This document shows, piece after piece, positions 1 to 7,590 of a DNA stretch of 29,067 nucleotides; the first letter of the stretch is position 1; each line of letters starts with the position of its first letter. The notes beneath the pieces are model-generated. The model saw nothing but the letters and a program-made list of their open reading frames with translations. It made no database searches and had not been told where the DNA came from. The stretch is from Chthonomonas calidirosea. Lineage in GTDB: Bacteria > Armatimonadota > Fimbriimonadia > Fimbriimonadales > Fimbriimonadaceae. The DNA lies in the NCBI GenBank assembly GCA_945859975.1, contig CAMAPH010000036.1, positions 1 through 29,067 of the forward strand, written 5' to 3'. The translations under genes were made by a program, and so were the position numbers.

Positions 1-665
1 GCGTGATCTTCGGCGTGGATCCATTCGCGGATTTGGCTACCGTCGCCATAAAGGGGAACGTGCTTGCCCTGAATCAAGCGAGTGGCGAAGAAGGGGATCA
101 GCTTTTCTGGGTACTGGAATGGGCCAAATGTATTGCCGCCACGAGTGACCACGACGGGGGTTTTGTAAGCCTTAAAGTGTGCGCGGCACTGAAGGTCGCC
201 GGCGGCTTTGCTTGCGCTATATGGGGTGTTTGGGGCGATCGGGGTTTCTTCGGTGAACTGACCTTCGGCGATCGTTCCGTAGACTTCGTCAGTCGAAACT
301 TGCACAAATCGCTGGATTTTATTTTCACGAACAACGTTGAGCAAGTTCTCAACGCCCATGGCGTTTGACACCAAAAACGACGAGCCCGAAACGAGGGAAC
401 GGTCGTTATGACTCTCCGCTGCGAAGTTAACGAGTTGGTCGATCTGGTTCTGCTGAACGATTTCGGAGACCTTCTGATAATCCTCGATCCGCCCTTGGTG
501 AAAAGTCACGAGTCCGTCGGCGAGGAAGTCGGCCATGGTCGAGCCGTTGCCCGAATAGGTCAGGGCGTCGAGAACATGCACGGTCCAGTCAGGTCGGACC
601 CGCCGCACCAAGCGCACAAAGTGCGAGCCGATGAAGCCGGCCGCGCCAGTGACCAGGAGGTTCAA
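1..665 (-). CDS. rfbB: dTDP-glucose 4,6-dehydratase (runs off the left window edge)
   Basis: Not in the ORF track; translated by hand from TTG at 665. Reads MNLLVTGAAGFIGSHF (Rossmann GxxGxxG), LDALTYSGN, NFAAESHNDRS, VSTDEVYG, PYSASKAA (YxxxK), GPFQYPEKLIP, LYGDGSQIREWIH. The TTG start overlaps the TGA stop of the upstream cupin (TTGA). Confidence 0.95.
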   Translation of the reverse strand, partial: MNLLVTGAAGFIGSHFVRLVRRVRPDWTVHVLDALTYSGNGSTMADFLADGLVTFHQGRIEDYQKVSEIVQQNQIDQLVNFAAESHNDRSLVSGSSFLVSNAMGVENLLNVVRENKIQRFVQVSTDEVYGTIAEGQFTEETPIAPNTPYSASKAAGDLQCRAHFKAYKTPVVVTRGGNTFGPFQYPEKLIPFFATRLIQGKHVPLYGDGSQIREWIHAEDH

Positions 666-1108
666 AGCTTAAACCTCGAGTTCGGATCGTTCTCGTGGCG
701 AATCTCATCCACCTCTTCCTTTCGATCCCAACCCGCGTATAGCCGGTCTGGCACGTTGACCACCATGGCGTCTTGGTCGCCGACGTTGCGGTAAGCGTGA
801 ACGACTCCGGGCGGCACGGTGACAAAAGTAGGATTTTCGCGACCGACCTTCAAAATCTCGTAGGTTTCCGGTTCGCCTTCGCGATTCTCCCAAAGATGGA
901 GCTCGTATGCCCCGTCGAAGAAGAGAAAGCCATCCGTTTGGTCATGGTGCTCGTGAGGACCTCGGGCAACACCGGGCTTGGTAACGCTGAGGTAGCCCAT
1001 AGCTGGAGAAAAACCTTCCGGCAGGCTATCGGCTCGAAACAATTCAACGAGCCAACCCCGTGCGTCCTCGTAGCGAGGGACCGATTTCAAGACAACACCT
1101 TTCATCAT
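662..1108 (-). CDS. dTDP-4-dehydrorhamnose 3,5-epimerase family cupin (short RmlC-like)
   Basis: 148 aa with DARGWLVELFR, PGVARGPHEH and VPPGVVHAYRN cupin motifs; translationally coupled to rfbB. Confidence 0.85.
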   Translation of the reverse strand: MMKGVVLKSVPRYEDARGWLVELFRADSLPEGFSPAMGYLSVTKPGVARGPHEHHDQTDGFLFFDGAYELHLWENREGEPETYEILKVGRENPTFVTVPPGVVHAYRNVGDQDAMVVNVPDRLYAGWDRKEEVDEIRHENDPNSRFKL

Positions 1109-1135
1109 TGCGGCGGGAAAAGGGTACCCCTCGGT

Positions 1136-1141
1136 TAGACT
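1136..1141 (+). promoter_or_regulatory. Putative -10 element (TAGACT) 7 nt before ATG 1149; leaderless-type start
   Basis: TAGACT-aatgagg-ATG in the short divergent gap; the same arrangement recurs across the window. Confidence 0.5.
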
Positions 1142-1148
1142 AATGAGG

Positions 1149-1718
1149 ATGACGAGCAGATTTCAGCTGGCCTTGGCCGATCATCAATCTGCGCTCAACC
1201 AGATCGCCGCGCTAGAGCCCGAACTGACTCGACTTGCTCAGGCCTGCATTTTGAGCTTGCGTGCAGGTGGGAAGATTCTTTTTTGCGGTAACGGTGGTAG
1301 TTCTTGTGACGCTGATCACCTTGCGGCCGAGCTTGTTGGCCGATTCCAGTTGGACCGAAAAGGCTGGGCAGCGATCAGCCTTGCCACCTCTACGGCCGGT
1401 TTAACCGCGATTGCGAATGACTATGGCTTTGAAGCGGTGTTTGAACGGCAGGTTGAGGCACTTGGCCGAGCCGGTGATGTTCTGATTGCCATCAGCACTT
1501 CTGGAAAGAGTCCAAACGTTCTGCGTGCGGCGAATCTAGCCAAGGAAATGGGCATTCACGTTTCGGCTTGGACCGGACAAAACCCGTCGCCTTTGTCCGA
1601 TCTCGCGGACACGAAGATTCTTGCTCCAAGCTCGGTGACCGCCCGCGTTCAAGAAATGCACATTCTGCTGGGCCACATTCTCTGCGACCTCATCGAAACC
1701 GAGTTGACGGCTTCTTAA
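1149..1718 (+). CDS. gmhA: D-sedoheptulose 7-phosphate isomerase (SIS domain)
   Basis: GGKILFCGNGGS, TAIANDYGFEAVFERQVEALG, ISTSGKSPNV, TARVQEMHILLGHILC. Start is ATG 1149 or in-frame ATG 1143. Confidence 0.93.
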   Translation: MTSRFQLALADHQSALNQIAALEPELTRLAQACILSLRAGGKILFCGNGGSSCDADHLAAELVGRFQLDRKGWAAISLATSTAGLTAIANDYGFEAVFERQVEALGRAGDVLIAISTSGKSPNVLRAANLAKEMGIHVSAWTGQNPSPLSDLADTKILAPSSVTARVQEMHILLGHILCDLIETELTAS

Positions 1719-2491
1719 TGGCGGCCCGTCGATGGAATCCGGCAACGATTGCCGACATGCTGACCATGCTCGAGAGCACGCACGGAAAGAGCCGCTACAT
1801 TCCTCGGTTCGATCCGATGGAGGAACTCATCTCTTGCATCCTGAGTCAGCACACCACCGACGCCCACAGCTTTCCGGCATTTACTCAGCTTCGAGAACGG
1901 TATCCAACTTGGCAGGATGTCGCGAACGCGCCAGCGGCGGAAGTGGCGAGCACGGTTCGGCTAGCGGGGCTTAGCAACCAGAAGGCAAAGAACATCATCG
2001 GCTCGCTCCAGAAGATAAACGAACAGTTTGGGGACTTCACCTTGGATGTACTCCGTACTTGGCCAACGGATGAAGCCATGACCTGGCTACAGACCTTGCC
2101 TGGAGTCGGACCGAAAACCGCGAGCATCGTGCTGTGTTTTGCGATGGGGCGAGAAACGATCCCGGTGGACACGCACGTCTTCCGGGTGTCTTGGCGACTT
2201 GGACTGATCAAGGAAGAAATTGGCGAGGTCAAGGCGCACGGCGTTTTGATGAAACTTGTTCCGCGCGAGTTGGCTTTTCCGTTTCACACGTTGCTTATCC
2301 AACATGGTCGTACCGTTTGCCGAGCACCATTGCCAGTTTGCGAAAAGTGTGGTCTCGCCGAGAGATGTGCTTGGCTAAAATCAGACGGACCAGGGAAGCG
2401 GCAGCGCGAAATGTCGCGGACGCGAAAACGGTCACTTAAAGCGCGACGAGCAAAGAAAGGGGAGGTGCCCGGTGGATCAGTCAACGATTGA
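1718..2491 (+). CDS. nth: Endonuclease III family HhH-GPD DNA glycosylase/AP lyase with 4Fe-4S motif and basic C-terminal tail
   Basis: ILSQHTTD, HhH motif LPGVGPKTA with the lyase Lys, PVDTHVFRV with the catalytic Asp, and C-x6-C-x2-C-x5-C (CRAPLPVCEKCGLAERC). Start reassigned to ATG 1718, in a TAATG overlap with the gmhA stop. Confidence 0.9.
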   Translation: MAARRWNPATIADMLTMLESTHGKSRYIPRFDPMEELISCILSQHTTDAHSFPAFTQLRERYPTWQDVANAPAAEVASTVRLAGLSNQKAKNIIGSLQKINEQFGDFTLDVLRTWPTDEAMTWLQTLPGVGPKTASIVLCFAMGRETIPVDTHVFRVSWRLGLIKEEIGEVKAHGVLMKLVPRELAFPFHTLLIQHGRTVCRAPLPVCEKCGLAERCAWLKSDGPGKRQREMSRTRKRSLKARRAKKGEVPGGSVND

Positions 2492-5033
2492 GAGAATTGA
2501 AGGTCTAACCCAAGCACCGGCAGGATGGCTCGGTGCCTTGCTGCCAGGACTCGCCGATGCCGACATGGCTTTGCGTGGATTGGAAACGTGGCTTGTAGCC
2601 TCGGGCAGTCCAGCGCTTTACGCGGAAGAGCTTTGGGCTCATCCGGCCGGGGCACATCGGTTGCTTCAATTACTCGGCACCTCTGGCCCGGTAGCGCAGT
2701 CTTTCCAGCAGAACCCGGAACTCGGGATTGCCTTGCTCGATGAGGCGATTTACAGCGATCAACTCGAAGCGGACGATCTGTTGGCCGAAGGTCAGCTCCT
2801 GCTTCAGGCGAGCCGGAGCTACACGCACGGCCTAGATCGGATTCGATTTCTGAAACAGAAATGGTCGGCGGTCATTGTTTCGCATGATCTTGACGAAAGC
2901 TGGCCCCAACCGAAAGTTTGGACGGCGCTCAGCACCTTGGCGGACGTTGTTCTAGAGCTTGCGACGGAGTGGGTTTGGAAGTCGGTCGCTCCTGGGCAAA
3001 CCGGCCCGTGTCCGGTTGGGATCGTCGCCTTTGGCAAGCATGGTGGTAGGGAGGTGAACTACAGTTCGGACCTCGATTTAGTCTATGTTTTGCGCGAAAA
3101 TATAGAAGAATCGCTTGAGCCAGTGGCAGTTCGGTTTTGTGAGACGTTAGGGCGTGCTTTAGAAGACCCGATGGGGCGCGGCAAGCTCTATCGCGTCGAT
3201 CTGCGCCTTCGTCCGTACGGGGCGGCGGGTCCGCTGCTCGCCAAATTCCGCGCTTACCGGGCTTATTACGAGCTGTATGCGGAGGCATGGGAGGTACAGG
3301 CTTTACTACGGTCTCGCGTCGTTTGGGGCTCTGACGGATTGCGAAAAGACTGGGAGCAACTTCGCAGGACGACCTGCTTCGGCCGTCCGTTGTCAGAAGT
3401 CAGCCTCGACGCCATGCTGGCGATGCGCGAGCGGATTGAGCAAACCTGCTCGGCCAACGATATCAAACGCGGAGCGGGAGGAATCCGAGACGTCGAGTTC
3501 ATTGGTCAAATCCTGCAACTCGCCACTGGGTTGGATCCAGCTGAGCCAACAACGCTAAGAGTTCTCACCGAGCTTGGCCGCACGGGCCGCTTGAGCAAAT
3601 CGGATTGCGAGATCTTGGCCAGTGGGTACGAATGGCTACGCAAGCTAGAGCACCGAATTCAATTCGAAGATAGTCGGCAGACCCACGAGGTGCCGACCAA
3701 CGGGCCAGCCTTGATCAAACTTGCACGGCTGATGAACGAAGGCTCGGCGGACCAGTTTGTCGCGGAGCTAAAGCGGCGTCGCGCCCAAGTGAGCAGCGTT
3801 TACAATCGCCTTTTGCCTACGACCTCGCTTTCGTACCGCGACCAAGTGCTCGCCCAAGAGCCACGGGTCCAGGACTGGTTCGACACCTTGCCCGAGCGGG
3901 ATGAGTTCTATCGGCAACTTGCGATGAACGCTGACTCAATGGACCGGGTGCTGCCTCTCGTTCGGTATTCGCCTCGGTTGGTGGAATCGCTTAAGCAGTC
4001 GCTCCCGATTACCGAAGAGATTCTGAGCGGAGAGGTGCTGGAGGACTTTCCACAGCAACTCTCGTTCACGAGCTCGGAGGAATTGCCGGTCGTGTACCGA
4101 GAGGCGTTCTTGGGGAACCTGGTGCAGTTTGCTATCGCTGGCGGCTCACCTCCAGTCCTCGCGCTTACGCGGCTGGCAGAGCAAGCCATCGTGCTGGCGG
4201 CTCAGGAGGCCGAGTTTGTCGGTAGCGTCATTGCGCTCGGAAGTTTGGGACGTGAAGACATGGGTCCGGGCTCAGACGCGGATGTGCTTTTGTTGGTGGC
4301 AGATAAGCAGCAGTCATCAGAGCAATCTGCGCAGGTGATGCTGCGCTTGCTCCAAAACTGGCGACAGCGTGGCATGCCTCTGGAAGTTGATTCACGCCTT
4401 CGTCCGGATGGTAGCAAGGGACTGTTGGTCCGCACCCTGCATGGGTTCGACAGCTACGCCGCGCGAGATATGGAGAATTGGGAAAGGTTTGCTTTGGGAA
4501 ATGCCCGGCTGATTTTTGGCGAGCCACACGCCCTGCAGCACGTTCTGGCCGCGGCTCGGATCGAAACCGACCGTCAGCAAGCGTGGACAGAACTTGTCGG
4601 CATGAAAGCCAGAATCGAACAGGAGCGTGTTCAGGCGCATCACGTCCAGCGAGACGTGAAGCTCGGCTATGGCGGACTATCGGATATTGAGTGGACGGTT
4701 CGCATGATCGAGTTGCTTGGGCCATGTGCGCGTCGAGCCCAGGAAGGAGCTGACCTGAAATCGCGGATTCGAAAGCTCAACCAAGAAGGGTTCCTCAATG
4801 TGTTTGAGGCAGAGATTCTCAACGTCGGCCTGACGTTTTTGCTCGAAGTGAGAATGCGGCTGGTGCTGGCTGGTTTTGAAGGAGACTTGATTCCGGAGAA
4901 TCCCGATAAGCTTCAGATGCTTGCGGAACCGATGGGCTTGGTTAACGCAAACGAGTTTCTTGATCGAAAACAACGAGTCTGCGATGACGTTCGGAACCTT
5001 TTTCAGGAGACAATAGAGCGACTTCGCGGATGA
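2472..5033 (+). CDS. glnE: Bifunctional glutamine synthetase adenylyltransferase/adenylyl-removing enzyme-like protein
   Basis: Two nucleotidyltransferase repeats. First: GKHGGREVNYSSDLDL / RVDLRLRPYG / DIKRGAGGIRDVEF. Second: GSLGREDMGPGSDADV / EVDSRLRPDG / DVKLGYGGLSDIEW. GGAGG lies 6 nt before the GTG start. Confidence 0.88.
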   Translation: MDQSTIERIEGLTQAPAGWLGALLPGLADADMALRGLETWLVASGSPALYAEELWAHPAGAHRLLQLLGTSGPVAQSFQQNPELGIALLDEAIYSDQLEADDLLAEGQLLLQASRSYTHGLDRIRFLKQKWSAVIVSHDLDESWPQPKVWTALSTLADVVLELATEWVWKSVAPGQTGPCPVGIVAFGKHGGREVNYSSDLDLVYVLRENIEESLEPVAVRFCETLGRALEDPMGRGKLYRVDLRLRPYGAAGPLLAKFRAYRAYYELYAEAWEVQALLRSRVVWGSDGLRKDWEQLRRTTCFGRPLSEVSLDAMLAMRERIEQTCSANDIKRGAGGIRDVEFIGQILQLATGLDPAEPTTLRVLTELGRTGRLSKSDCEILASGYEWLRKLEHRIQFEDSRQTHEVPTNGPALIKLARLMNEGSADQFVAELKRRRAQVSSVYNRLLPTTSLSYRDQVLAQEPRVQDWFDTLPERDEFYRQLAMNADSMDRVLPLVRYSPRLVESLKQSLPITEEILSGEVLEDFPQQLSFTSSEELPVVYREAFLGNLVQFAIAGGSPPVLALTRLAEQAIVLAAQEAEFVGSVIALGSLGREDMGPGSDADVLLLVADKQQSSEQSAQVMLRLLQNWRQRGMPLEVDSRLRPDGSKGLLVRTLHGFDSYAARDMENWERFALGNARLIFGEPHALQHVLAAARIETDRQQAWTELVGMKARIEQERVQAHHVQRDVKLGYGGLSDIEWTVRMIELLGPCARRAQEGADLKSRIRKLNQEGFLNVFEAEILNVGLTFLLEVRMRLVLAGFEGDLIPENPDKLQMLAEPMGLVNANEFLDRKQRVCDDVRNLFQETIERLRG

Positions 5034-5707
5034 AAGTGTTTGGACTGACTTTGCTTGGGGCGTATTTTTTAGGTGGCATTCCGTTTGGAGTGCTGATTGC
5101 GCGCATGCAAGGCATCGACATTACGCAGGTTGGTAGCGGCAATATCGGCGCGACGAATGTGGTTCGAGCGCTCGGGCCACGCTGGGGCACGGTGACATTC
5201 GTGCTCGACATGCTCAAGGGCCTTATCCCGAGCTTGGTCGCCCGGCATCTTTTCGTCGAGCCCCTCATGGGCGTAGACCCGCAGGCGCTTTGGTTTATCT
5301 GCGGATTGGTTGCCGTGATCGGTCACGCCAAGAGCCCATTTCTGAAGTTTAAAGGCGGCAAGGGGGTCTCCACGGCGCTCGGGGCGGGGCTGGGTTCTGC
5401 ACCACTCGTGGCGCTGGGCGCCATCGTTGTTTTCGCGATTATCCTTGGAACGGTTCGCTATATGGCAGTGGCGAGCATGGTTGCGGTCTGCTCGGCGGTG
5501 GTCTTCTCGGTCATCTTGCCGGGACAATCTCTGCAAGTTGTCCCACTTTTCGTGCTGATGGCGGCGCTTGTGGTGTTTCTGCATCACAAAAACATTGCTA
5601 GACTCAAGGCGGGAACCGAGCCGAAGTTCGAATTCCGCAAATCAAGCGAGCAAGAGTCAGCAGCGTCAAGTCGGGACAACGTGGAAGTCCCGTCTCACAA
5701 GGAATAA
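5030..5707 (+). CDS. plsY: Acyl-phosphate:glycerol-3-phosphate acyltransferase
   Basis: AYFLGGIPFG, GSGNIGATNVVR, LDMLKG, GH...FKGGKGVSTALG, HHKNIARLKAGTEPK; ATGA overlap with glnE. Confidence 0.95.
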   Translation: MKVFGLTLLGAYFLGGIPFGVLIARMQGIDITQVGSGNIGATNVVRALGPRWGTVTFVLDMLKGLIPSLVARHLFVEPLMGVDPQALWFICGLVAVIGHAKSPFLKFKGGKGVSTALGAGLGSAPLVALGAIVVFAIILGTVRYMAVASMVAVCSAVVFSVILPGQSLQVVPLFVLMAALVVFLHHKNIARLKAGTEPKFEFRKSSEQESAASSRDNVEVPSHKE

Positions 5708-5709
5708 CT

Positions 5710-6498
5710 ATGCCGGTAGATCTATTTACAGTTGGTGCAGGATGCCTAACTTGGATTCCGGTTGCCATCATGGCGGTGAGCCTGATCCAGTGGATGATCG
5801 CGGGAGACATTGATCTGCCGAGCGGTTTTCTGGGACTCCTGGTCAGCATTGGTCTAGGAACCGTGGCGATGCGGCCACCCGCGCCAATTCATGCCCCAAT
5901 CGCCCTCTTCGTCGCGATCGCAACCGTCGTGGTCTATCCGTTCCTCCGCGGCACGATGCAAAAGCGGGAGCTAAAGAACTTTGAAGTCGACGAGCTCGAG
6001 CGCGCTTACGATTTGCTCGGTCAGCAGCCGATGAATCCGTTGCCGAAGTTCCGCGTTGCAAAACAGCTTTATGTTCTGGGTCTGCATGGCCACGCCATCC
6101 GAATCGCGGAAGCCGTTCTGCCACAGTTGCCGAAGGACCTCTTCACCGATGAGCACCGAATCTGGCGACAGTGGCAATACACGCCGCAGACGCCGAGCAT
6201 GTTTGCGCCGATCAGTTGTAGCGAGTGCGGGCACCGAAACGATCCTGGTCGAACTCATTGCTTCCAGTGCGGAGCGCCCCACCTTCTCAATCGCTTCCGC
6301 GGAAAGATCGTGCCGAAAACCCAGGGCCGAAAGATTCTCGCCGCTTGGATTGCCCTTGTCATCATGCTGGTTGGCTTGCCTTTCGCTGGAAATCTGCCGA
6401 TTGGCGGGGCGGTTGCCGTGGTTGTGGCGTGCTTGCTCGGAGCTGCTCTCGTGCTGTTTCTTGCCTTCCGTCCATCAAACGAAGGCGCGACGGCTTAA
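5710..6498 (+). CDS. Hypothetical membrane protein: about 3 TM, helical (TPR-like) segment, Cys4 zinc ribbon, 2 TM
   Basis: Hydrophobic N- and C-terminal segments; CSECG-x9-CFQCG encoded at about 6217-6273; starts 2 nt after the plsY stop. Confidence 0.8.
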   Translation: MPVDLFTVGAGCLTWIPVAIMAVSLIQWMIAGDIDLPSGFLGLLVSIGLGTVAMRPPAPIHAPIALFVAIATVVVYPFLRGTMQKRELKNFEVDELERAYDLLGQQPMNPLPKFRVAKQLYVLGLHGHAIRIAEAVLPQLPKDLFTDEHRIWRQWQYTPQTPSMFAPISCSECGHRNDPGRTHCFQCGAPHLLNRFRGKIVPKTQGRKILAAWIALVIMLVGLPFAGNLPIGGAVAVVVACLLGAALVLFLAFRPSNEGATA

Positions 6499-6513
6499 AC
6501 TAAGCCCCGTCGC

Positions 6514-7590
6514 ATGAAAAAACTCGATCTGTACATCCTCCGCGAGATGGTGGTGCCATTTATTTTGGGCACTTTCCTCGTGGTGCTCATGTTCCAGATC
6601 AACGCCTACATGTTCATGGCGAAGACGTACAACCTGGAGAACGTGCCGTACACGGCCGTTTTGCAATACATCCTGTTTCGAACTCCAGAGTTCATGAAGC
6701 AGACGTTGCCAGTCGGCGTTTCGCTCGGGGCGTCGCTTGCGATTACGCGGTTGGCGCGAGAGAGCGAGATCACGGCGATGAGGGCAGCGGGCACCCGATT
6801 GCTGCGGATTGTGCTTCCGGTCGCGATCTTCGGGATTTTTGTTTCGGTTGGAAACTTCTTCCTGGTTGAGAATTTGATTCCGGATTGGACTCGTCGAGCC
6901 AATGCGATCTTGATTCAGTCCGGCATCATGGGCCTCAGTCGGCCAACGATGAAGGCAAACTCGATCATCGAGCTGAATCAGTACACCGCATCGTTTGGGA
7001 TCATTAAGCGAGTGGATGAGTACCGGTTTGACATCTCAAACATAACGCTATTTGAGCAGGTCGGACCGAAGAAAGTCGGCATCATCACGGCCGAAACTGC
7101 CCGATACGACCGCGGCGTTTGGACGTTCAATAATGGCTACTACGTCGAGATCGAGGGTGGGAACGTGATCGTGGCGAAGCCAAAGAAGAGTTTTCAAGTG
7201 AACCAGAAAATCGTGGTTGATGGACTCTTTGGCGCGGGGCAAGTTGCGGAGCGCACGATTGCCGAACTGCAGGCGTCAATTGACACGGCGAAAAAACTAG
7301 GTGCCGACCCAAAGAAGGAAGAGCTTGAGCTGCAATCGCGCTACAGCATCCCGGTGGCCTGCTTTGTTTTTGCCATCACCTCTCCCGTTTTCGCGCTCGT
7401 TTTCGCGCGGACGGGTGGATTTGTTGGCGTTATGGTCAGCTTCGTGGTCGTATTGTTGTACTTTAACGCCTACGTAGTCTCGACCGAGATCTTGAGTAAG
7501 TCTTCCGCTGTGCCGGTTTTGGTCGCGGCGTGGGCTCCCAATTTCATCTTCTTTGCCCTCGGTGTGCTTGCGATTTGGAGATTGGAGTGA
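6514..7590 (+). CDS. LptF/LptG (YjgP/YjgQ) family permease
   Basis: MKKLDLYILRE N-terminus, LARESEITAMRAAG, a beta-rich central periplasmic region, and AAWAPNFIF near the C-terminus; 3+3 TM layout. Confidence 0.92.
   Translation: MKKLDLYILREMVVPFILGTFLVVLMFQINAYMFMAKTYNLENVPYTAVLQYILFRTPEFMKQTLPVGVSLGASLAITRLARESEITAMRAAGTRLLRIVLPVAIFGIFVSVGNFFLVENLIPDWTRRANAILIQSGIMGLSRPTMKANSIIELNQYTASFGIIKRVDEYRFDISNITLFEQVGPKKVGIITAETARYDRGVWTFNNGYYVEIEGGNVIVAKPKKSFQVNQKIVVDGLFGAGQVAERTIAELQASIDTAKKLGADPKKEELELQSRYSIPVACFVFAITSPVFALVFARTGGFVGVMVSFVVVLLYFNAYVVSTEILSKSSAVPVLVAAWAPNFIFFALGVLAIWRLE

Noticed and set aside
3..794. Plus-strand ORFs 3-368 and 408-794
   Set aside because: Antisense shadows of rfbB and the cupin, which carry clear family motifs on the minus strand.
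1568..1717. Longer N-terminus of nth in the ORF track
   Set aside because: It overlaps gmhA by about 150 nt; ATG 1718 in the TAATG junction is more plausible.
7530..7586. Upstream extension of the LptD-like ORF (and likewise 9826-9912 for the GT-C gene)
   Set aside because: These overlap the preceding genes; the later starts give a proper signal peptide or first TM helix.
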